A stretch of DNA of 64,000 nt from a virus (Duplodnaviria > Caudoviricetes). Under the pieces are notes generated by a model. It ran no database searches. It was not told the origin of the DNA and was given only the letters and a program-made list of their open reading frames with translations. Location: the IMG/VR virus record IMGVR_UViG_3300020419_001132. The stretch is one strand, 5' to 3'. Shown here piece after piece: positions 46,178-54,900 of the stretch (within the stretch, counting starts at the first letter, position 1; each line of letters begins with the position of its first letter). A program made the translations under genes and the position numbers.

Positions 46178-47777
46178 CGTAAATATTATCTTTCAAATAT
46201 TCATAATGTGTTGGTAAAGTTTTAATATACTTTATATACTTTTCTTTTTCGTTTAAGAATCTATTTTTTATCTGTTCTAAGTCTCTTCTTCTTTGTTGTT
46301 CAATTTCTGGACTTTTTCCATGTTTAGCAGTAAACATATGTTCACTAGAAACAGGTCTAACACCCATTCCTGCCATTATAAAGTTCATTCCCTGCATCTG
46401 CGGGTTCATAGCTTGATCGCCATAAACTGTACTGTATGCCATTGCATTGTAATCGTCTCTTGGTACATGAATACCGTTAAGCTCTGGGTCATAATCATTT
46501 GTCTGTGTTGCCCAACGCCAATACGGTGTATCTTGTCTCATTGATAGTCCATAATGGTTTGAAACAAATCTAGCAAATTGGTCTATCGATCTGTTTACAG
46601 TAAAATTATAAACTTCTCTCTCAGTTCTTGATACATAACCTTGTCTTTGATTTAATATACCAATTAAAGAAATAATATTTTCGTGTGTTGTTAACAATCC
46701 TGTTGATTCTAAAGGTTCAACAAACCCGTAACTAAGTCCAATACCAAGTACATTGCCCACCCATGCTTTGACTCTCTTTCCATGTTTAATAGGTATGTTA
46801 AAGTAATCTAATTCTTCTACATTAACGTTTTTATGTACTGTTTTAAGGTGTGCTTTAAATTCTTTTAGTGCTACATCCTTGTGTACAAATCTACTACTGT
46901 AAACATATCCAGTTCCAATTCTATTCCATAATGGAATATTCCATACCCAACCGTTTCCTAATGCATGACAATCGGTAACGTTATGCATTTGTTCTTTTCT
47001 ATTACTATAGGGTAATCTTACAGCCCAAGCATAATCATTTGCTAGTATACCTTTGTAAGAATGGAATATAGATCCTTGCCAACCTTCTAACATAAAAGAT
47101 TTAAAACCAGAACAGTCAATAAATAGATCTGCACCTATGTCTTTGTCTCCTTCAATTAACAAAGAGTGTGTAAAACCTTTATCATCGTGTTTTCTAGCTA
47201 CTACATTTGCCTTTATGTGTGTTACTCCTGCAGGAATACATACCTTGTCACGTAAATATATTCCAAATGCTGTTGCGTCCATATGATAGGCTGTATCATA
47301 ATTAAAATTAAAATATCGTAGTTTGTTGTTTTTATTATCAGTTTGTCTATTATGTGTTGCAAGTAAAGTATTACTTAGTGCATGGAATTCAGCAAACGAC
47401 TTAGGACCAAATTCTTCTGGATATAAAGCAGACAATTCAGACCAAGTAATTAAATTATCTCCTCCTGAGTAGCTATAATCATAGTCATCAACAAAAGGAT
47501 ACTCAAAATGTGTTCCATTATTTTCTCTAAAATTTGTAAATCTGATTGAATTCTTATATGTAGCATTACAAGCAGGCATCCAGTCTTCATCTTTAAGACC
47601 TAACAACCTCATATATCTGTTGATATGTCCTAGTGTAGATTCGCCAACGCCTACAGTTTTAATATTGGGTGATTCAACTAGTGTTACTTTAATGTGAGGA
47701 CAAAGTTTTGCAATGGCCGCGGCAGTCATCCAACCGCTGGATCCTCCTCCTACTACGCATACTCTTTTAATTTTCAT
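46152..47777 (-). CDS. flavin-dependent halogenase 3
   Basis: GGGSSG, GVGEST, ATYKNSI, FIDCSGF, WVWNIP, FVEPLESTG; ATG start MKIK at 47777. Confidence 0.92.
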   Translation of the reverse strand: MKIKRVCVVGGGSSGWMTAAAIAKLCPHIKVTLVESPNIKTVGVGESTLGHINRYMRLLGLKDEDWMPACNATYKNSIRFTNFRENNGTHFEYPFVDDYDYSYSGGDNLITWSELSALYPEEFGPKSFAEFHALSNTLLATHNRQTDNKNNKLRYFNFNYDTAYHMDATAFGIYLRDKVCIPAGVTHIKANVVARKHDDKGFTHSLLIEGDKDIGADLFIDCSGFKSFMLEGWQGSIFHSYKGILANDYAWAVRLPYSNRKEQMHNVTDCHALGNGWVWNIPLWNRIGTGYVYSSRFVHKDVALKEFKAHLKTVHKNVNVEELDYFNIPIKHGKRVKAWVGNVLGIGLSYGFVEPLESTGLLTTHENIISLIGILNQRQGYVSRTEREVYNFTVNRSIDQFARFVSNHYGLSMRQDTPYWRWATQTNDYDPELNGIHVPRDDYNAMAYSTVYGDQAMNPQMQGMNFIMAGMGVRPVSSEHMFTAKHGKSPEIEQQRRRDLEQIKNRFLNEKEKYIKYIKTLPTHYEYLKDNIYGGVDEHDV

Positions 47778-47804
47778 ATACAATCATTCCTTTAAATGCT
47801 CGTA

Positions 47805-47811
47805 TATTTAC
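47805..47811 (-). promoter_or_regulatory. late promoter box GTAAATA heading the halogenase 3 / oxygenase operon
   Basis: TATTTAC on plus, upstream of an AAGGAA SD. Confidence 0.55.
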
Positions 47812-47844
47812 TTAAAAATGCTATAGGCAGGTTATAAAAGCGAT

Positions 47845-48093
47845 TTAGGACTCTATTGCTGTAAATGTTGGATTTGAAGCCCTAAACAGATTACCGTTCC
47901 ATGTTGTTTTGTAATTAAGATCATCTGTATCGTAATGTAAAGTAATAGTTTGTCCTGCCGCTACTCCTCTTGGAATAGTTATAGACATCTTAACTTTTTT
48001 TTCAAAACTAACCAATGTACAGTCTTCAAAGATCTTTCCTGTAGAATAATTTTCACAAATAACTGGACTTTTTGGTATAAATGTAACTGGCAT
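47845..48093 (-). CDS. hypothetical protein
   Basis: 82-aa ORF coupled to the upstream gene. Confidence 0.6.
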   Translation of the reverse strand: MPVTFIPKSPVICENYSTGKIFEDCTLVSFEKKVKMSITIPRGVAAGQTITLHYDTDDLNYKTTWNGNLFRASNPTFTAIES

Positions 48094-48593
48094 TAGCTAT
48101 CTCCCTTATTGTAGCCCCACCAAGCAGGACATCTTTTCCATGCTGGCATCTGTTCGCTTGAAATTTTCATTGGCTGGTCTACACTAGGTTCTCTAATTTC
48201 ATCATATGCTCTTTGCTCTTCAGGTGATAAGTTTTCTCCAGTTGTCTTATCTGGTGCAGGTATGCTTGTTTTAATTAAATCAATATGATTAACCCAAGAA
48301 CCGCCGGCCATATTATTTGCTTTTATATCGTGATATAACATATCTAATTGTGCGCCTACGTCTCCGTATGCAACTTTTCTTTGCATTTCTCTATCAGGAT
48401 GTGGTTCGTCTCTTTCAACCCAAACCATTTCTCCTTTAGATGGACTATACTCTAGTGTCCACATTAATGTGATGTTGTCGGGTGCATCTACCCATTGAAA
48501 CGTTGCATCAGGGCCATTGTAGATCTCAAAATCATCTCCTGGATCTTCAATTTGCATCACATACCCTGCCGCACCTACGATTGCTTTTTTCAT
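48093..48593 (-). CDS. putative tail-fibre assembly/chaperone-like protein
   Basis: RKVAYGDVGAQLDMLYHDI...WVNHIDLIK motif, directly downstream of three fibre-tip paralogues. Confidence 0.45.
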   Translation of the reverse strand: MKKAIVGAAGYVMQIEDPGDDFEIYNGPDATFQWVDAPDNITLMWTLEYSPSKGEMVWVERDEPHPDREMQRKVAYGDVGAQLDMLYHDIKANNMAGGSWVNHIDLIKTSIPAPDKTTGENLSPEEQRAYDEIREPSVDQPMKISSEQMPAWKRCPAWWGYNKGDS

Positions 48594-49450
48594 TATCTAT
48601 ACTCCGTAATTACGATCATGCCGACTCGTCCATCAGCACCTCTAAAGCCACTAAAGTACCCACCAGTACCTCCACTGCCTGGAGCGGCGTGACTTTGATG
48701 ATTGTGTGAAAAGTTTCCGCCCTGTGGGTGTCCTGCGGCGGTATTACCACCCCAATATGAATGCCCACCTGGACCGTGACTTTGGTGATGACTACCACCT
48801 CCTCCACAGTGGATGTTTAAGTTTCCCCCGGAACCGCTACCACTAACGCCTCCTGAGTGTTGATTATTTCTGTTACCACCATATCCTCCGCCTGCTGATA
48901 GATAAGGTCCAAATGATGAACTTGACCCATTACCAGCACCGCCGGAATAGTAAGTACCACCACCTCCACCACCTATCGTACAATAGACGTTTGATATACT
49001 TGTAACATTAATAATTTCTTCTGAATAGCCTCCAGCACCACCTGACTCTCCGTGACCTCCGCCACCTCCTCCACCGCCCATTACCTGAACGTGAATATAT
49101 CTGGTTCCTGATTGTCTGTACCAAGTAGTACTACCTGTGTATACAGCCTGTCTTACTATTCCAAAATTGTTTACCCATTCTAGTCCATTTCCGCTAGAAT
49201 TTGTTCTTAACATATTACCACTACTTCCAATAGAAGTAATGCCAGATCCACCTTTGTTTGTTGCTAGTGTACCTGAGGTTGTATCTGTGTTTAGACCAAC
49301 TGCTCCGGTTCCTATTTTACCAGATGTAACCTGATTGTTTCCAATTTTTCCTGTTTTTACTTCTGAATTTCCAATGTCAGCTGTTTTGACTTGATCATTA
49401 ATCACTGCTGTAGCTGTTAGTTTTTTTAATGTTTGATAATTAAATGCCAT
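48593..49450 (-). CDS. Gly/His-rich fibre-tip (adhesin-like) protein, paralogue C
   Basis: MAFNYQTLKK; polyGly runs; GHGESGG, NRNNQHSGG, GHPQGGNFSHNHQSH. Confidence 0.7.
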   Translation of the reverse strand: MAFNYQTLKKLTATAVINDQVKTADIGNSEVKTGKIGNNQVTSGKIGTGAVGLNTDTTSGTLATNKGGSGITSIGSSGNMLRTNSSGNGLEWVNNFGIVRQAVYTGSTTWYRQSGTRYIHVQVMGGGGGGGGHGESGGAGGYSEEIINVTSISNVYCTIGGGGGGTYYSGGAGNGSSSSFGPYLSAGGGYGGNRNNQHSGGVSGSGSGGNLNIHCGGGGSHHQSHGPGGHSYWGGNTAAGHPQGGNFSHNHQSHAAPGSGGTGGYFSGFRGADGRVGMIVITEYR

Positions 49451-49460
49451 GTGTTAATCC

Positions 49461-50318
49461 TTAATAAAACTCATATACAACGATCATACCGTTTCTGCCA
49501 TTAGCACCTCGAAAGCCACTAAAATATCCACTAGTACCTCCACTGCCTGGTGCGGCATGTCCTTGATGATTGTGTGAAAAATTACCACCTTGTGGGTGTC
49601 CTGCGGCAGTATTACCACCCCAGTATGATGGACCTCCAACGGAAGATCTAGTGTGATGAGCTTGTCCGCCACCACCGTATACATTTAAGTTACCTCCTGA
49701 TCCGTTAACACTAAGTCCGCCTGAGTGTTGATTATTTCTATTTGCTCCATAACCGCCTCCACCTGACAAATAAGGGCCAAATGATGATGATGATCCATTG
49801 CCTGCGGCACCGGAATAATATGTTCCTCCTCCACCGCCACCAATTGTAATAGATACACTACTAATTCCTGTAACATCTAAAACTTCTTCTGCATATCCAC
49901 CGCCACCGCCGGATTCTCCGTGGCCACCGCCACCTCCTCCTCCGCCTACAACGCAGACTTTTACATAACGTACTCCACTTGGTCTACTCCAAGTTGAACT
50001 ACCTGTATAAACACTCATGCTTCTAATTCCGTATGGACGATATTGTAATGCTGATCCGCCATCGTTATATCCTAAAGCATAATAAGCATTACTAGGATTA
50101 CTACTTAAACCTGTACCTCCAGAACTAACAGGTAATGTTCCTGTTACTATCGATCCGGTCATACTAACAGAACCTGTAGCAAGTTTATCAGAAGTTACTG
50201 CGCCATCATTAATATCTGCAGTTTGTACAGTTAAGTTAGCAAGATCTGCTTCTTTAATTTCTCCGTCGATAATTGACTCTGATTTAACTTTTTTTAATGT
50301 TTGATAATTAAATGCCAT
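49461..50318 (-). CDS. Gly/His-rich fibre-tip protein, paralogue B
   Basis: MAFNYQTLKK; the same invariant motifs, HNHQGH. Confidence 0.7.
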   Translation of the reverse strand: MAFNYQTLKKVKSESIIDGEIKEADLANLTVQTADINDGAVTSDKLATGSVSMTGSIVTGTLPVSSGGTGLSSNPSNAYYALGYNDGGSALQYRPYGIRSMSVYTGSSTWSRPSGVRYVKVCVVGGGGGGGGHGESGGGGGYAEEVLDVTGISSVSITIGGGGGGTYYSGAAGNGSSSSFGPYLSGGGGYGANRNNQHSGGLSVNGSGGNLNVYGGGGQAHHTRSSVGGPSYWGGNTAAGHPQGGNFSHNHQGHAAPGSGGTSGYFSGFRGANGRNGMIVVYEFY

Positions 50319-50323
50319 TTTTT

Positions 50324-51175
50324 CTACCTAAAATTTGTAACAACTACAACTCCGTGCCTACCATTAGCTCCTCTAAAGCCACTGTGATAACCGCTTGTGC
50401 CACCACTTCCGTATGCAGAATGGTTTTGGTGATTGTGTGCAAAGTTTCCACCCTGTGGGTGTCCTGCCGCTGTGTTTCCACCGAAAAAGCCCATTCCTCC
50501 GTAACCTGTTCTGTTGTGATGATTTCCACCACCGCCTGTATGAATATTTAGCGATCCACCTGATCCTGAACCACTTACTCCTCCTGAGTGTTGGTTATTT
50601 CTGTTTGCACCGTATCCTAAACTAGCTGATAGATAAGGACCAAATGAACTTGCACCTCCATTACCTCCAGCACTTGAATAATATGTGCCTCCACCTCCAC
50701 CACCTATTGTGACAGATACACTTGATATACTTGAAACATCAATATACTCTTCTGAATATCCTCCAGCACCACCAGATTCTCCGTGACCGCTTCCGCCGCC
50801 ACCTCCACCGCTTACTTGTACCTTAATCCATTTGACTCCACTAGGCCTATTCCAAGTACCATTGCTAGTGTAAACATTCATACTATACAATCCATGTCCT
50901 TGTGAAGTCCAACTACTACCATTTGAAACAATTACACCAGCATTAAATCCTCCTGGATTAGTAGTTCCTGTGCCACCTTTGTTTGTTGGCAATGTTCCTG
51001 AAACCTTATTACTTGCTAGATCAACTGAGCCTGTACCCAATTTATCGCTACTTACTGCATCTGTATTAATCTTATTACTAGTTACTCCTAGTGCTTCTAT
51101 CTGAGTGCCTGTAATAGTTCCATCAACAAATGATTCTGATTTGTATTTTTTTAAAGTTTCGTAGTTAAAAGCCAT
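50324..51175 (-). CDS. Gly/His-rich fibre-tip protein, paralogue A
   Basis: MAFNYETLKK; the same invariant motifs, HNHQNH. Confidence 0.7.
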   Translation of the reverse strand: MAFNYETLKKYKSESFVDGTITGTQIEALGVTSNKINTDAVSSDKLGTGSVDLASNKVSGTLPTNKGGTGTTNPGGFNAGVIVSNGSSWTSQGHGLYSMNVYTSNGTWNRPSGVKWIKVQVSGGGGGGSGHGESGGAGGYSEEYIDVSSISSVSVTIGGGGGGTYYSSAGGNGGASSFGPYLSASLGYGANRNNQHSGGVSGSGSGGSLNIHTGGGGNHHNRTGYGGMGFFGGNTAAGHPQGGNFAHNHQNHSAYGSGGTSGYHSGFRGANGRHGVVVVTNFR

Positions 51176-51184
51176 CGTCTTTCC

Positions 51185-51640
51185 TTAAATTACTTCAACC
51201 TTCCAACCTGCTGTGTCACCATGAAATATCAATGTGAATGATGCTCCTGGAGTATCTACAGTCATATTGTCTGCTGTACCTGCTATCAATTTGCCATTAC
51301 GGTCTATTGTTAATGCATTTGATCCAAACGTATTATGAGAATCTGCAAACTTAATTCTATCGTATTGAGCAGGAGAAGCAGGTAATGATGCAGTAACAGC
51401 ACCGCCAGTTGTATCAACCCAATAACTTCTATTAGATGAAACTCCTGCACTAGATGTTAATGCCGCATTCAATGTTTCATGAATAGCATGCCATCCAGAG
51501 CCATTATATATTTCTAACTGATTGCTATCTGTGTTAAAAAATTTAACACCAGCATTTGCAGTTGTAGGTCGATCAGCCAGTTGTCCTGTCAATGTACTGT
51601 CGGTTTGTGGATATATACCTAAACTTATTTTTCTGCCCAT
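51185..51640 (-). CDS. tail/baseplate-associated structural protein
   Basis: YWVDTTGGAVTASLPASP...IKFAD...NALTIDRNG...GWKV module typical of T4-like fibre/baseplate proteins. Confidence 0.55.
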   Translation of the reverse strand: MGRKISLGIYPQTDSTLTGQLADRPTTANAGVKFFNTDSNQLEIYNGSGWHAIHETLNAALTSSAGVSSNRSYWVDTTGGAVTASLPASPAQYDRIKFADSHNTFGSNALTIDRNGKLIAGTADNMTVDTPGASFTLIFHGDTAGWKVEVI

Positions 51641-51656
51641 GTCACTTCCTTTTTCC

Positions 51657-51977
51657 TTATGCTGTAGATGTTTCTACACCCATAACTACTGCAGAACAGT
51701 TAGCTAGTGTAGATCTTACTACTATTTTTTTAGTTGTGTCCAAGACTATACCTGTTCTTTCAACGACACCTTTTGGTAAAAGTTGTGCGTCATACTCTAT
51801 AAATTCAGCGTTTGTCGGCGTGTCTGCCGCCGCAACTGCAATTCTTACTGCTGAAGTGCTTGTTCCTCTGTTACAAATACTAACAGAGACAACACTAAAA
51901 GTAGTTGCAGGAACTGTGTATATAGTAGTATTAGTAGCCGGTGATAAATCTCCTGAACCTAATATTCCTGTTGCCAT
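51657..51977 (-). CDS. small beta-rich virion protein
   Basis: 106-aa ORF, IYTVPA...SICNR...IEYD...ERTGIVL, directly downstream of the giant fibre gene. Confidence 0.55.
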   Translation of the reverse strand: MATGILGSGDLSPATNTTIYTVPATTFSVVSVSICNRGTSTSAVRIAVAAADTPTNAEFIEYDAQLLPKGVVERTGIVLDTTKKIVVRSTLANCSAVVMGVETSTA

Positions 51978-51993
51978 TTTTCTCTCTCCAATG

Positions 51994-54900
51994 TTATCTT
52001 AACATATAGTTAATTGCTAGTGGTAATCCTACGACCCCACCTTTAAAGTTAACTGTAGCATTGATATTTATCGTAGTACCAGTCACGGTGGTAATCTGAT
52101 TGGTACCAATAAAAATATCTCCAGCTGTTACAGTATTAACGTTTAGTGACGCACCACCGCCACCAATTTGTGCCTCTATGTATGCCTTAACTGCACGTTG
52201 GGTTGGAACAACACTATCTGAATTTGCAGTCATAAACTGATCTGTACTAAATTCTGAAACTGCCGCAGAGTTACCGCCTAGTGTAACCTCTCCCAATGAA
52301 AGTTCTTGTAATCCTGCAATATTAAATGCGTCTGCATTCAATGTAGCAACACCTGTTGCTTGTTCAACGTTAAACAAGTCACCAACTCTAAAGTTACCAT
52401 CTTGGTCAGTTGATGTAAAGAACACCCTACCGCCGTTATTTTGATTAGTTTCTTGAGCTGGTATCGGTGCTATTGCAGGTGTTCCAGGATAATTTGTAGA
52501 TGTAAATCCTCCTGTACCAATATCTAAGAAATCGTGTCCTGTTAAACGTACTTGAGAATATCTAATTCTCATTGTAGTTGGATCACCATGTGGTGGTGAT
52601 AAAGCATGTGTCATGTTAGGCGAAACATTAAGGAATGTTGTATAACTTCCGTCCTGTGTACCAAGGAACGTAACTGTGTTTACTAGTTTGTATACCTGAT
52701 TAGGTATGCTATCAAACACAACATTTGACCCTGGTGTTGGTCTTTCAGTAAGTTGTCTAACTGCAACAAATGTGCCTGTCTGGAAGAAGTCTGCAAAACC
52801 ATTGTTTCCAGTGCTTGACAATTCAGCTGATGCCGCCGCGTATCCACTACCTCTATTAGTAAATGTTGGATTACCTAAACATCCACTTCCTAATCTTACT
52901 GTAGTTTGAACATCAAATACATTGTTAGGATCTGTTATTGTCATTGTAGGTGCACCACTAACATATCCACAACCTGGCTCAACTAATCTTACTTCAAAAA
53001 TCTTTTCACTTGCAACTCCAGCTCTACCAATTGCTGTAACACCTGTTTGCATCCTTGCAATATGTTGTTCTGTTGTACCATTACCTTTGGCCATCCAGTA
53101 ACCTACTTGATTTGGATTACCAAAACAAACTGCCTGGTAACCTGTAATAGCACCATCTGGGTCGCCTATTGCAGTTCTAGTTGTCCAATTTGCTCCGTCT
53201 TCAGTTACTGAAACTGAATTGTATGCTTCTAAATCTGATGCGTTTCCTGGTCCAACTGCCATAAACAGTCCTTGTCCGTACTTAATGTGTGTATACTGTA
53301 CTATACTAGAACCGTCTACGCTTGGAGCTGTAGCATCAATCCAAGTAGCTCCTCTATCCTGACTATATGCCGCTTTGTTGTCGTCACTAGCAATAGTAAT
53401 AAATCTGTTCTTACCAAATGCAACACCCACCCAAGCACTTGTACCTGGTAGTGTAGTAGTTGTCCATGTATCTGCATTATTAAATGCCGCATATGCCGCA
53501 GTAGTTGTTCCGCCTCTAACAGCAACAACTCTTTCTGCCCCATATGCTATGCCTGTATAACCAGTTGTAGCTAATGCATTACTATTCTGTACCCATGTTG
53601 CACCACCGTCACCTGATTCAAAAACATGTCTTGAGCCTTCAAATATTAAGAAGAACTTGTTTTTACCAAAACATATATGTGGTTCTGAATTGTAAGGTCC
53701 GCCTGGAAGATCATTTGCGTTAGTCCAAGTAGTATTGTCTGCACTATACCATACAGGTTTAGTGCTAACACTCGCTTGTGATACAATTACTGTTGAACTT
53801 GTTCTTTCTGTTGACGATCCGTCATTTAATACTCCTGTGCAAAGTTTAACAGATCCTGTAGGTGCTGTTCCTGGTAATGTAGCTGAGGTCCAGTTTGCAC
53901 CAAAGTCTACACTCTTACGAACATCTGCTGATGCACTTGCAACTTCTAGGAATGCTCCTGAAAGGCCTAAGCCATCTGAGTCAACAACAGTTATTGCACC
54001 AGTCGTACTGTTTATACTTGTAACAGTTAGTGTCAAATCATTTGCTGGTGTTGCACCGCCTAAACTTGTTCCTGGTATAACTATTGTGTCGCCCCGTGCA
54101 TATGATGTTCCACCGTTCTGTACTGTTACAACATATTTGCTTGTGTTCCTATAAACTGTAAATCTAGAACTAGTACCAGCTGTTGTTGTCTCTGTACCTT
54201 GAATATTACTATAGATATTTGCTGTTTCACAATACTCCATGTCAGTAGTATTTCTATTTGCACCTAAAACTTGTGCAACTGAGGTATGTGGTGGAGCACT
54301 AAACTCTATGCAAGGTTCTATCAAGTAAATTGATGTTGCATTAGGAGCAACAATAGGTGTTCCTGGATTTAGATGTTCCCAACCAGAGGTTCCGTCATTT
54401 TTAAGTACCGCGGCCAATTTCGCACCACTGTTGTATGTGCTAATTTTACCATACTGTCCTACAGCTTGTCCGCCTGTAATAACAACTCTCATTCCTACAT
54501 ATGCACTATCTGATCTACCATCAGTTGCCGCAATAGTAATTGCAGATGTTGTTCCTGTTTGTGCAGTATTTGTTGTTACAATGTATCCTTTACCGCCTAA
54601 ATCTCCACTGGAATCATCAAGATCTAAAATTCTAATTCTATTAACAGCATTGTCTCTAAACTCGTCTGCTTCAGTTTTTGCTCCAGTACCAGAACCAAAT
54701 ATGCCAATAGCAGATTCTGTGTAATTATTACCTGCATGATCGAATTCAATTGTTATTGGTTGATTACCATCTGTTTCTACTTTTGTTGCAGTAGCTTTGA
54801 ATTGGAATTTGTTATCAACAATTCCTGTTACAGCTATTTCAGTGTTGTCTACACCTTCTGCAACAGATCCAAATGTTCCGTATGAGTTGTTACCATTTGT

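Noticed and set aside
34975-47777. TET/JBP-type DNA base hypermodification cluster
   Set aside because: No TET/JBP-like architecture or linked DNA methylase/base glycosyltransferase was recognised here, and the context is fibre genes with late boxes; disfavoured, not excluded
31519-47777. Classical RiPP cluster with a leader/core precursor
   Set aside because: No small ORF shows a recognisable leader, double-Gly site or repeated core, and there is no exporter; kept only as an alternative hypothesis
48593-51175. Diversity-generating retroelement target/template repeats
   Set aside because: All three copies are full ORFs, differences are not adenine-specific by inspection, and no reverse transcriptase is in the window
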